IMG/VR virus record: IMGVR_UViG_3300032292_000618
Span: 64,001 to 128,000 of that record
Origin: a virus
Lineage: Duplodnaviria; Caudoviricetes
DNA length: 64,000 nt
Direction: 5' to 3' (one strand)
The notes below the pieces were generated by a model that ran no database searches, had not been told where the DNA came from, and saw only the letters and a program-made list of their open reading frames with translations. Both the position numbers and the translations under genes were made by a program. Below, one piece after another: positions 45,655-55,531 of this stretch (position 1 is its first letter; each line of letters starts with the position of its first letter).

Positions 45655-47349
45655 TTAAAATCCTCCTCTTCTATCAAATTGAGACCCAGTACCTTCAAGC
45701 AAACCTCCTCCTGGTGAGGGAGGTCTATATCCAGGATCTCCTGGTATTGCAGTTGGATCTCTTCCTCCAGTAATTGGTATTAGTGGAGCCACTGGAGCAC
45801 CTGCTCCTCCTGCTGAAGGTCTTGAAGATCCAGGATTATCAGGATTATTTGGAGTTTCTCCTGTTGCTTCAAAATTAGATGAATCTAAACCATTAAGATC
45901 AACACCATCTCCAAATCCAACATGATCATCTATTCCATAGTTATCTTCATATATTGGGGTTAACTCTGAGAATGACATAGTTATATTAGTTGCTATTGGT
46001 TGAGAACCATTGGCAGATGAATCTTCATAAGTTGCATATAAACCATCTGCAGTATAGTCAACTGTAAAATTAGTTAGGGCACAGGTTTTAATTTGAGTAA
46101 TACTTCTTAATTGTCTACCATTTGACATGAATTTAATTTGAAATACATTTGGAGCTCCTAAGAAAAATGAAGTTTCTGATGCATTTGATCTTTGAGCAGA
46201 CATTCCTTTCTTAAAGAATTTAATAATCCTTCTAATATTATTTGCTTCTTTTTGACTTCTTGGTGTCATTTTAATTTGGAATTGAAATGACCTTAACTTT
46301 GGACCTTGGAATAATAATTCAAGATTTGGGTTGACTACTGTTCCTGTAGCTCTTGATAAGTATGCAGCAGGATCTACATTAAGTCCAAACTTACTAACTA
46401 TGGATGCTCCAGCTTTTAAAGTTGCTAATTTTATTATAGTTTCTGAAGCAGCAGCACCTCTAGCTCCTTGAAGTGCTCCTCCTAATCTTGATGTAAACTT
46501 AGCAAGATCTAATTCAGTGATATCATTTGCTGCTCCTACTCCTACACTCAATGCTGCTGCTGATAAGGTAGAAAGTTCATTTGATCCCCATCCAGTTTCA
46601 TTTGCCTCAGATATATTGCTTGGCATTGGAAGAATTACTGACCCTTTTAAATCAGTAAATTGTCTTGAACTTAAGGATTTGTTTCCTAAAATATCAGATG
46701 TATTTGCAGAATCAAACCCAGATGAAAATACTTCAGGCACAACATATTTAAATTGACTTATCATCATATAATCTTGACCTAGATTTATATTTTCTGGATA
46801 AGAATATGTTTCGTATTTTCCTTCAGATCCATATTTACTTAGATTATTATCAAATGATACTGGTGCACTAGTGCCACCAGCAGCACCTCCAGTATTTGGA
46901 GGATTAGATCCTGAATCAGGAGCATTTGGATCTCTAGTTGGTGGAGCTGGTTGTTGTGCTTGACTAAATCTACCTAAAGAGTTTAATCTTTGTTCCTGAA
47001 CCCCAGTTAAAGGTAGATTTGTTCTTGCCCAATTTGCATAATTTTGATCTACTCTTTGCAGAGCAGTAACATCTAATCCTCCTCCAGACTTAATACTTTT
47101 TATTAATTCAGAATCTACATTTACTGGTTTATATGGATCACTTCCATTTGCTTGCCATATACCTTGTCTGGATAATCCCCCCGTTAAAATATTAGAACTT
47201 CCAGTTCTTGTATTAAATTCATAGATATAGTCTCCAATATATGTGCTACCTACTGCAGAACTTTTTATGTAAGCTCTGTAAATATCTGGGTTACTACCAT
47301 CTTGATACCATCCTGGTTTTACTTGCTTGTCTCCAGAAACTATTGACAT
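45655..47349 (-). CDS. gp48: Baseplate tail-tube cap with long extensions
   Basis: LPMP; NPNLELLFQGPKLRSFQF...PRSQKEA; F.ELTPIY. Confidence 0.88.
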   Translation of the reverse strand: MSIVSGDKQVKPGWYQDGSNPDIYRAYIKSSAVGSTYIGDYIYEFNTRTGSSNILTGGLSRQGIWQANGSDPYKPVNVDSELIKSIKSGGGLDVTALQRVDQNYANWARTNLPLTGVQEQRLNSLGRFSQAQQPAPPTRDPNAPDSGSNPPNTGGAAGGTSAPVSFDNNLSKYGSEGKYETYSYPENINLGQDYMMISQFKYVVPEVFSSGFDSANTSDILGNKSLSSRQFTDLKGSVILPMPSNISEANETGWGSNELSTLSAAALSVGVGAANDITELDLAKFTSRLGGALQGARGAAASETIIKLATLKAGASIVSKFGLNVDPAAYLSRATGTVVNPNLELLFQGPKLRSFQFQIKMTPRSQKEANNIRRIIKFFKKGMSAQRSNASETSFFLGAPNVFQIKFMSNGRQLRSITQIKTCALTNFTVDYTADGLYATYEDSSANGSQPIATNITMSFSELTPIYEDNYGIDDHVGFGDGVDLNGLDSSNFEATGETPNNPDNPGSSRPSAGGAGAPVAPLIPITGGRDPTAIPGDPGYRPPSPGGGLLEGTGSQFDRRGGF

Positions 47350-47919
47350 TTATCTTCCCCACACTTTATTTGATGGAATTGGAATTTCTACGCCACCCAA
47401 ATCCATCACAAATTCTTCTAATGGTAGTACACATATGGTTTCCCATTCTGCTTCAGCAAGATCTAGGTAAGGGGTTTTAACCTCTGATAATAAGTATTTA
47501 TGTGCTCCAGTTTCAAATCTTGGAATTTTATTTTTAATCAAACTTTGAACTATTCCTATTCTTTGCTCTGGTTTATAGTAATGTAAATTTACAGCAAAAA
47601 ATGATTTTGGTTTAAAGTCTAATACAAATGCTAAAGGATATTTATCGTAGTATGGAAGTTCTTCTCTATACTTTGCCTTATATTGAAAGAGCATGAGACT
47701 GAACAATTTTGGGAATACCCTCATTGTATTTTGATCTCTTTTTAAAACATTGTCAGACTGATCATAATTCTCTTGTCTGATTAATTTTGTAGGATCATTT
47801 TCATATTGTATAGTTTTGGCAGCAAATACTTGAGTTCTATACCATTCTCTAGAAGGAGTTCCTGTTAATTCTTGATTTGATTTTTCTTTAACTTCTTCAA
47901 AAATGGTTTTATATGCCAA
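47350..47919 (-). CDS. gp2: DNA end protector protein
   Basis: FQYKAKY...LPYYDKYPL...NLHY. Confidence 0.85.
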   Translation of the reverse strand: MAYKTIFEEVKEKSNQELTGTPSREWYRTQVFAAKTIQYENDPTKLIRQENYDQSDNVLKRDQNTMRVFPKLFSLMLFQYKAKYREELPYYDKYPLAFVLDFKPKSFFAVNLHYYKPEQRIGIVQSLIKNKIPRFETGAHKYLLSEVKTPYLDLAEAEWETICVLPLEEFVMDLGGVEIPIPSNKVWGR

Positions 47920-48343
47920 GGTTATCCTCCGTTAGTATTTGAAATTTCCATTTTCTATCAGCACAAAATTCTTCTGCAGCAGCCCACTTTGCTTGATTTT
48001 TTGCAAACTCTTTTATTTCATATACTTGTTTCTGAGAAACTTTTTTACCAAGTTTAGGTCCAGCAACTTGTCTTTTTGGTTTTACTTCTATTAGACTTTC
48101 ACTTATAGATTTCTCTTTGTCTATGTACTTAATGTAAAAATCAGGAAAGTACTTATGAATTCTTTTATCTAATGGAGATATGTATGGTATCCAAATTTCT
48201 TCACTAGACCATTTAATAATATTTTCATTCTTATCGCAGTAATTCATAAACTTTAATTCCCACAAAGATCTGTAGATTATATTTGTATAATCTCCAATAT
48301 ATTTTTGGGGAAATGATGGTTTAAATATTCCCTTATAACTCAT
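47909..48343 (-). CDS. gp4: Head completion nuclease
   Basis: YRSLWE; WSSEE; YFPDF; EVKP; NQAKW. Confidence 0.93.
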   Translation of the reverse strand: MSYKGIFKPSFPQKYIGDYTNIIYRSLWELKFMNYCDKNENIIKWSSEEIWIPYISPLDKRIHKYFPDFYIKYIDKEKSISESLIEVKPKRQVAGPKLGKKVSQKQVYEIKEFAKNQAKWAAAEEFCADRKWKFQILTEDNLGI

Positions 48344-48374
48344 ACATATATTATAAGGCACTTAAGTTATTTAG

Positions 48375-49124
48375 ATGACAGTAACTAATTACCAACAACT
48401 ATACTATACAACTGATCAGTTAATAGACAAATTTAAACCTGCTCTAACATCATACTTTAGTGTTTTTATTCCTGGCAAATATGGTAACGCAGATAATGAT
48501 GATGTAAATTTTTTGGCATATGAAGCTGTTCTTCCCGGAACTTCATTTGAAACTGGTCAAGTTTTTGGAGACAGACAAGGAATCACAGAGCAGTATGCAA
48601 ATAAAAGAGTTTATCCTTCAGTAGATGTAAGTTTTTATATAGATCAAGACTATAAGGTTATAGAATTCTTTGAGCAATGGATGTCAAAAATATCTCCAAA
48701 TAAAGGAAAGAGTGGAAATATTGATTCATATAATAAGTTTCAATATCCAGATAAGTACGAAACAAATGTTATAATTACAAAATTTGAAAAAAACTTTAGA
48801 GAACCTAGTCAAAGATTATCTAAAGCTGGTATGTATTCTATGCCTAGAAATAGGGTTGAGTACAAGCTTCTAAATGCTTATCCAATCAACCTAATTTCTA
48901 TCCCTATATCTTATGGTCAAGCAGACATCTTAAGAACTACAGTAACATTTAATTATGATGTGTATAGATATACACCCTTTGCTGATGATAGACAAATTGG
49001 TGGTAATGATGAAGGAGGTGCTCGTGTTGTAGGTCCAGGAAATGATAGACCTCTTGAAGGTTCATTTAATGATCCAAATAGTGGATTGTCTAGAGCAGCT
49101 AGAGTAGCTCTTGGTGAAGAATGA
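48375..49124 (+). CDS. Tail tube-like / baseplate tube initiator (gp54/gp19-like)
   Basis: AVLPG; FFEQW; LLNAYP; VTFNY; position before gp26. Confidence 0.7.
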   Translation: MTVTNYQQLYYTTDQLIDKFKPALTSYFSVFIPGKYGNADNDDVNFLAYEAVLPGTSFETGQVFGDRQGITEQYANKRVYPSVDVSFYIDQDYKVIEFFEQWMSKISPNKGKSGNIDSYNKFQYPDKYETNVIITKFEKNFREPSQRLSKAGMYSMPRNRVEYKLLNAYPINLISIPISYGQADILRTTVTFNYDVYRYTPFADDRQIGGNDEGGARVVGPGNDRPLEGSFNDPNSGLSRAARVALGEE

Positions 49125-49171
49125 TTTGATTTTTCTCCATAAATAATCATACCTGAATTGTATATTTCAAA

Positions 49172-49903
49172 ATGCCTTTACCAAAAGTAGTAACTCCTTC
49201 TTATGAGTTGACTCTTCCTTCTAATAAAAAGCAAATTAAATATAGACCATTTTTAGTTAAAGAAGAAAAAATTCTAATCATCGCTATGGAGAGTGAAAAT
49301 CCTAGTGAAATTAGAGATGCAATTAAAAATGTATTGAAAGAGTGTATTCTTACTAGAGGAATTAAAGTAGAAACTCTTCCCAGTTTTGATATTGAATATT
49401 TGTTCTTGAACATCAGAGCAAAATCAGTTGGTGCTTTAATAGATCTTATTGTTACTTGTCCAGATGATAATGAAACACAAGTAGAAGTGAGTATCAGTGT
49501 TGATGAAATTGAAGTTGATGTTCCAGAAGGTCATTCTCAAGATTTGAAAGTGAATGATGATATAACAGTTAAGATGAAGTATCCTTCACTTCAAGAATTT
49601 ATAGACAATAATTTTAATTTTAGTTCTACTAATAATAGTCAAGAAACTATTCAAAAGTCATTTGAAATTGTTGCTTCTTGTGTAGATCAAGTTTATACCA
49701 AAGAAGAATCTTGGTCTGCTTCTGATCTAACTAAGAAGGAACTTGTAGAATGGTTACAAACTTTTGATTCCTTGCAATTTAAAAATATTGAAAAGTTTTT
49801 TGATACAATGCCTAAGTTGTCTCATACACTTAAAGTAACTAATCCAAAAACTAAAGTAGAAAATGAGATAGTATTAGAAGGGTTATCAAGTTTTTTCGGA
49901 TAG
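49172..49903 (+). CDS. gp26: Baseplate hub assembly protein
   Basis: MPLP...YRPFLVKEEKIL...FDIEYLFLNIRAKSVG...LEGLSSFF. Confidence 0.92.
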   Translation: MPLPKVVTPSYELTLPSNKKQIKYRPFLVKEEKILIIAMESENPSEIRDAIKNVLKECILTRGIKVETLPSFDIEYLFLNIRAKSVGALIDLIVTCPDDNETQVEVSISVDEIEVDVPEGHSQDLKVNDDITVKMKYPSLQEFIDNNFNFSSTNNSQETIQKSFEIVASCVDQVYTKEESWSASDLTKKELVEWLQTFDSLQFKNIEKFFDTMPKLSHTLKVTNPKTKVENEIVLEGLSSFFG

Positions 49904-49905
49904 TG

Positions 49906-50082
49906 ATGGGGCATGAAAGTTTAGAAACTTTCTATAGAATTAATTTTGCTTTGATGCAGCATCATAAATATTCATTGACAGATATTGAAAATATGATGCC
50001 TTGGGAAAGAGAAGTTTATCTTTCTTTATTGGAACAGTACATTGAAGATGAAGAAAAAAAAGCAGCCAAAGCAAATAAATGA
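49906..50082 (+). CDS. gp51: Baseplate hub assembly catalyst, 58 aa (not in ORF track)
   Basis: FYRINFALMQHHKYSLTDIENMMPWEREVY. Confidence 0.88.
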   Translation: MGHESLETFYRINFALMQHHKYSLTDIENMMPWEREVYLSLLEQYIEDEEKKAAKANK

Positions 50083-52133
50083 ACGTAACAGATGCACCAT
50101 CTGGAATACTAGACCCAAAGCAACCTTATTGGCCTGCTGATAAGGTTAATGAGAGAACTTGGTTGCGTCTTAAAGGAAAATTAACTGGCAGATCAATCCC
50201 AGGATTGAGCGAGAACTTTACATCTTATGTAAAACTTGGTGATGCTGATGCTGATAAATTGATTGCAAATATTAAAAAGTATGGTCAGTATCCACAAGTT
50301 AATCAAAATGATAAGTATGGTGGTGCATATAATAACGAAGAATATCAGAAGTGGTTAGTTGAAGAGTTTCTTGAAAAACCATTTCAACAACAGACTAATC
50401 AAAAGATTGAAGATGCTGCAATAGAATCTAGACTAAAAGAGATACAAGAAGAAAGGAAACAAAAAGCAACATCATTTATTTCTGGAGCAACTTCATTCAG
50501 ACCAGGCAAAAAAATGTCTCTGAATGTGACTAAAATGCAGGGAATAATTCCAAAAAGATCTATTCCATCAGAAGTATTTCAAAAAATATCCTCTCCTGTA
50601 GATACACCAAATATACAACCAAAAGAAGAAGAAGACTCTTCTTCCTTCGGAAGATTGTTATTAAATTTTGTTCAGATTAATAACGATTTAGATGCTATAA
50701 AGGAAGTAATAGAAGAAGACTTTAAAACTACAAAAGAAAAAAATAAACAAGAAACAGATGAGTATAGAAAGAGAGTAGCAAATAGAGGAAGAAAACTTAC
50801 AAAGAAAGAACTTGGATCTGATAAAAAAAGTGTAACTGAATCAATTAAACCTTTTATAAGTAATTTCTTTTCTGGTGCTGGTGGTGCAATAAGATCTCTA
50901 GCATTATTAAAAATGCTTCTTGGCATTTTAAATGGAGATATTTCCTCAGTATTTAAAGGTCTTTTTGGTATTGGATTATCATTCCTACCAAAGATTGGAA
51001 TGATGATTGCTGGAGGAATACTTAAAAATCTACTAGCATCAATGGCAGGTAGAGCAGTTGGTGGTGGAATTTCAAGGGGTGTTGGCGGTGGAATGAGAAG
51101 AGCACCTATTGCAGCACCAACTTCTGGGTTTGGAAAGTGGGCAAAAATTGCATCTTTAGGTGCTGGTGCATTAGCATTGGGATCTGCTTTTTCTGCATCT
51201 AATCAAGATCAACAACCAGAAACAGAAAAAAGATTAGAAGAATTAACTCTCCAACAAAAATCTTCTCCTGAAGTAAGTTCAATAGCTCAAGAAGATCTCA
51301 AAAAGTTTGAAGCATTAAATATAAGATTTGAAAAAGCACTTGAATTTTTTATTGAAACTTATAAAAAAACTATGCAGGATAGGGGTCAACAAAGACCATC
51401 ATCTTCTGGACCAGGAACATCTCCTGGCAGTGCACCCCCTTTAGGGAGCATGAGTTTAATGTCTGGCAATGCCCCACCAGAGATGAAAGCACTCATGGAT
51501 ACTATATCTTCTCCAGAATCTGGAGGAAACTATGAAGCTATGTATCCAAGTACTACTCTTCCAGGTGCAACTGAAATGACAATTTCAGAGGTTGCTAGAA
51601 CTGCAACTGGACCAGTTGGAAAATATCAACATAAACCACAGTTTTTAGAAGAAAGAGCTAGGCAAGTTGGATTAGATCCAGCCACTGCAAAATTTAGTCC
51701 TCAAAATCAAGACCTAATTACTAGGGGACATATTACAAGTGTTTTAGGTGGAGATGAGGCAAGCATTGTAGAGCAATTAAAGAGAGATCCAAATGCTATT
51801 AAAAGTAGATTGGAAGGGACAACTTATACTGGACTTCAAAAATATGGATCTGATTATAATGAATTATTTAAAAATAGACTAAGGCAATATGAAGGCACCT
51901 CTCCAGTTCAACCAGCTCCAAGACCAGCAGATGGTAGAAGAGCTAGTGCTTTATCTGGATCAGGATCCCAATCAAATCTTGCAGTTACTGTAGTTCCAGT
52001 TTCTTCAAATAAATCAGGAGCAGTAGCAGCAAATTCAGGAACTAACCTTCCAAACATTGATCCAAATTATGGGGGTGATAGATTTTCATTATTAACAGCA
52101 GGAGAGTTAAATTTAGTTGGAGCTCTAGGATAG
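50079..52133 (+). CDS. Tail/tape-measure-like protein with lysozyme-like domain
   Basis: Coiled coil; G/A-rich hydrophobic middle; ESGGNYEAM...GKYQ...FSPQNQD. Confidence 0.65.
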   Translation: MNVTDAPSGILDPKQPYWPADKVNERTWLRLKGKLTGRSIPGLSENFTSYVKLGDADADKLIANIKKYGQYPQVNQNDKYGGAYNNEEYQKWLVEEFLEKPFQQQTNQKIEDAAIESRLKEIQEERKQKATSFISGATSFRPGKKMSLNVTKMQGIIPKRSIPSEVFQKISSPVDTPNIQPKEEEDSSSFGRLLLNFVQINNDLDAIKEVIEEDFKTTKEKNKQETDEYRKRVANRGRKLTKKELGSDKKSVTESIKPFISNFFSGAGGAIRSLALLKMLLGILNGDISSVFKGLFGIGLSFLPKIGMMIAGGILKNLLASMAGRAVGGGISRGVGGGMRRAPIAAPTSGFGKWAKIASLGAGALALGSAFSASNQDQQPETEKRLEELTLQQKSSPEVSSIAQEDLKKFEALNIRFEKALEFFIETYKKTMQDRGQQRPSSSGPGTSPGSAPPLGSMSLMSGNAPPEMKALMDTISSPESGGNYEAMYPSTTLPGATEMTISEVARTATGPVGKYQHKPQFLEERARQVGLDPATAKFSPQNQDLITRGHITSVLGGDEASIVEQLKRDPNAIKSRLEGTTYTGLQKYGSDYNELFKNRLRQYEGTSPVQPAPRPADGRRASALSGSGSQSNLAVTVVPVSSNKSGAVAANSGTNLPNIDPNYGGDRFSLLTAGELNLVGALG

Positions 52134-52137
52134 TAGC

Positions 52138-54036
52138 ATGGAAGTTACTAAGTTATTAAACTCTCCAAAAGAGGAAACAACTACAACTCCAACCATAGTT
52201 GCTAAGACAACAAAAATAAAATCGCTTATTGCTATTAGTGTAGACACTAAAAAAACTTCTAAAAAATTGAGAACTATTTTTGAGAAAGGAGTTTATCAAA
52301 AGAAAACTCAACTATCAGTTCTAACTAGGTATAAAAAAAGATTAGATTCTATAGAAAAACAAGAAGAATCTAAGCAGAAAAAAACATTACGTAAAAAATT
52401 ATCTCCTAAAAATGCTCTACCAGAATTTAAGAGTAACCTTTTTTCTGGACAAGATGATGTATTTAATAATCTTGCGCAACTAGCAGCATTTAAAGCATTC
52501 TTAAATTTTGGAAAGGGAGATATATTTACTGGACTTGGGCAATCATTACTTGCTGGAGGATTGTTACTTGCTCCAGCATTTATAAAGGGTGCTGGTAGTG
52601 CTATGTTTGGAAGAACTCCAAAACCACAAAGAGGATTTGATGTTACTGGGAGAAGAGTTACTAGACCTGTTCAGCAAAGATATTTGAGTAGATATGGTGA
52701 AGGTGCATTTAAAAATAGATTTGGAAAAGATGCATTAAAAACAGCAACTCAAGGATCAGAAGTAGCACAAACTGCAACAAAAGGAGCAAAAGTAGGAAAG
52801 GCATTTGGTAGATTTGGGGCAGCATTAATTCCTGGAGTTGGTGTTGCAGTTGGTGTTGCAGATGCTGCACTTAGAGCTCAATCTGGAGATCAAACTGGAT
52901 CTGCAATTGCTGGAACTGCTGCTGCTTTAGATGCTGCTGCAGCAGCAAGTGCTGTAACTGGAATTGGATTACCTGTTGCAGGGTTACTTTCTGTAGCATC
53001 TTTTGCTTTGGATGCAACTAATTTAATTAGAGATCTATCTGGAGCAAGTTCAAGAGAAGAAGAGAAAAATAAATTAGTACAACCACAACAAACAAAAATA
53101 GAAGAACGACTAAAAGAAGAAACTCAAAAACAAAAAGAACAAACTAGAGCAAGTAGTTCTACTTTATCTTTTAAAACAACTCTTATAAGTTATGAAAAAG
53201 CATTAATAAAGTTTGATGAGTTTGTTAAAGGATTTAATGGCACTATGGGAATGAATGAACAACAAGTAAGAGAAACAGCAGCAAGAATTGAAGACTTGGG
53301 TGGTGGGTCAACTCCAATTTCAGCAGCAGGATATGAATTTACAAATGAATCATCATTCTCTCAGTATTTGACTGGAGATCCAAATGCTCCTGGTGGAGCA
53401 TATGATCCATCTCATGGAACAGTATCTAATTATCATGATCATTTGGCATTTAAAGATGTAGAAACTACAAGAAGAGCATACAATTTCTTACAGAGTAAGG
53501 GAATTCAGGTTACTGAACTTGGGGTAACATCTGGACACACAGCAGGATCTGCTCATTATGAGGGACGTGCTTTTGATGTTCCTGGGGCACAGTGGGGAGG
53601 AAGTCCAGGAAGTCCTATAGGACAAAGAGAATATGCAGGATCTGCAAAAGTCAGGGCATTTATGAATGACTTCTACAATTTAGAAAGACAAAGATCTAGA
53701 GGTCCTGATGCTGTTCCAACACCTAGAACTTCTGGTACTCCTCAACCACCTAGACCTTCTGGTACTCCTCAACCACCTAGACCTGTTCAATCAAGACCAT
53801 CCACTTTACAACAATTACAAGATCTAGGAATCCCAGTTCAATCTTCTAATGTTGAACCAATAAAAAGAAATCCTATTGCATCAGCAATTAATTCTCCAAT
53901 GACAAGATCCATCACTGTTCCATTTCCACTACCACCTCAACCTCAACAGTTGGCTATGGGAGCATCACCACAGATGCCTCTAAATAATGGAAATAGTCTA
54001 CTAGAAAGATCCATAATGTATAAGGCATTTTCATAA
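52138..54036 (+). CDS. Tail/tape-measure-like protein with M15-like peptidase motifs
   Basis: Ala/Gly-rich helices; YHDHLAF and GSAHYEGRAFDV. Confidence 0.6.
   Translation: MEVTKLLNSPKEETTTTPTIVAKTTKIKSLIAISVDTKKTSKKLRTIFEKGVYQKKTQLSVLTRYKKRLDSIEKQEESKQKKTLRKKLSPKNALPEFKSNLFSGQDDVFNNLAQLAAFKAFLNFGKGDIFTGLGQSLLAGGLLLAPAFIKGAGSAMFGRTPKPQRGFDVTGRRVTRPVQQRYLSRYGEGAFKNRFGKDALKTATQGSEVAQTATKGAKVGKAFGRFGAALIPGVGVAVGVADAALRAQSGDQTGSAIAGTAAALDAAAAASAVTGIGLPVAGLLSVASFALDATNLIRDLSGASSREEEKNKLVQPQQTKIEERLKEETQKQKEQTRASSSTLSFKTTLISYEKALIKFDEFVKGFNGTMGMNEQQVRETAARIEDLGGGSTPISAAGYEFTNESSFSQYLTGDPNAPGGAYDPSHGTVSNYHDHLAFKDVETTRRAYNFLQSKGIQVTELGVTSGHTAGSAHYEGRAFDVPGAQWGGSPGSPIGQREYAGSAKVRAFMNDFYNLERQRSRGPDAVPTPRTSGTPQPPRPSGTPQPPRPVQSRPSTLQQLQDLGIPVQSSNVEPIKRNPIASAINSPMTRSITVPFPLPPQPQQLAMGASPQMPLNNGNSLLERSIMYKAFS
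53729..53782 (+). repeat. Perfect 27-nt tandem duplication (SGTPQPPRP x2)
   Basis: cttctggtactcctcaaccacctagac twice. Confidence 0.9.
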
Positions 54037-55316
54037 TGGCATCATATTTTAATTACAAAATATTAGAATTTTCAGTAGAAATATCAGAAGGGAAATTCAT
54101 TTCTTTATTGGAAACTGTTGCATCAATAGAGTATGTGGAAAATATATTATCTCCAGTAGTGTATGTGAATTTGGTATTGCTTAATACTAGTGGCATTATT
54201 TCTAATTTAAAATTGAGAGGAGGAGAAAAAGTAAGACTGCATGTATCTCAACCTGCCACAGGTAAAAAAATTCTATTTGATGAGACAAGTAAAGTATTTT
54301 ACATAAGCAGAATAGGTGGATCTAGTACGCAATCAACAAAGGAACTTCTTTCCATGGAGTTAGTTCCCAGAGAACTTTTAACTAATGAAACTGCTAGAGT
54401 CTTCAGAAGATACGATAAGACTATTGATAAAACTGTTGTAAAAATATTAACAGAGGAGTTAAAGACTTCAAGATTTAGTTCTTCCACTATTGATTCTACA
54501 GTAAATTCCTATTCTTTTATGGGCAATGCCAGAAAACCATTTACTGTTTTGACATGGTTGTTGCCAAAAGGAATCCCACAAACTTCCTCAGGATCTTCTG
54601 GATCTGAAAAAGGAACTGCTGGATATCTATTTTATGAAAATAAAAATGGATATAATTACAAGAGTGTAGATTTTCTTTTTTCTCCTGATAGACAACCTGC
54701 TGAGAAATATTTTTACAGTGAAACTGTTTTAACTCCAGCAGACTCTAGATTAAATTTTAAGATGATAACCACTCCAGTTTTTAGTAAGAATGTAGATATA
54801 ATAGACAATTTAAAAGTTGGAATGTATTCTAGTTTGAATTACTTTCTAGATTTTAATTCTAGAAAATTTTATGTGAACAAATATAAGTTATCAGAAAGTT
54901 ATAATACAATGAATCATGCAAGCAATAAAGATGCATCTCCAATAATTCCAAATGGTCTCCAAGATTCTCCATCTAGATTGATGGTTAGGATGTTGGATAA
55001 TGGGCAAATGAATAAAAGTGGAAAATTAGAAACTACTGATAATAGAATGAAGTACCAGGCTCAAAGTGTCACTAGATATAATTTATTGTTTAGTCAAACG
55101 TTAAATATAACTATACCATTAAATTTAAACTTGTGCGTTGGGGATGTTATTGAACTAGAATTTCCAAATATAACAAAAGACAAAGACAAAAAAGGATTAA
55201 AGGATAACAGTAAATCTGGCAAATATTTGATAAGTAAATTAAAGCATTCACTAGAAGGCGTAAAAGGTCTTACTGGATTAGAACTACTAAGAGATTCTTA
55301 TGGAGTAGCAAAATGA
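54036..55316 (+). CDS. Baseplate hub protein (gp27-like)
   Basis: YVENILSP; LRGGEKV; YLFYEN; GDVIEL; SGKYLISKLKH...RDS. Confidence 0.75.
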   Translation: MASYFNYKILEFSVEISEGKFISLLETVASIEYVENILSPVVYVNLVLLNTSGIISNLKLRGGEKVRLHVSQPATGKKILFDETSKVFYISRIGGSSTQSTKELLSMELVPRELLTNETARVFRRYDKTIDKTVVKILTEELKTSRFSSSTIDSTVNSYSFMGNARKPFTVLTWLLPKGIPQTSSGSSGSEKGTAGYLFYENKNGYNYKSVDFLFSPDRQPAEKYFYSETVLTPADSRLNFKMITTPVFSKNVDIIDNLKVGMYSSLNYFLDFNSRKFYVNKYKLSESYNTMNHASNKDASPIIPNGLQDSPSRLMVRMLDNGQMNKSGKLETTDNRMKYQAQSVTRYNLLFSQTLNITIPLNLNLCVGDVIELEFPNITKDKDKKGLKDNSKSGKYLISKLKHSLEGVKGLTGLELLRDSYGVAK

Positions 55317-55531
55317 ATCACAAATCAATTCAAGATCACATAGATCAGGACATTAAACAACTTTCGGATCCTTTGATAAATTCTCAAAGAAAAAGGCATC
55401 TTGAAAGTGAGTTGGATGAACTCAATAGATATAGAGTGACTCATCCAAATGATGATCATGATCCAACCCCCTTTGAATTATATTGTAATGACAATCCAGG
55501 TTCACTAGAATGTAAAATTTACGATCTATAA
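55313..55531 (+). CDS. cp12: CP12 Calvin-cycle regulator
   Basis: DHDPTPFELYCNDNPGSLECKIYD C-terminal Cys pair. Confidence 0.9.
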   Translation: MNHKSIQDHIDQDIKQLSDPLINSQRKRHLESELDELNRYRVTHPNDDHDPTPFELYCNDNPGSLECKIYDL

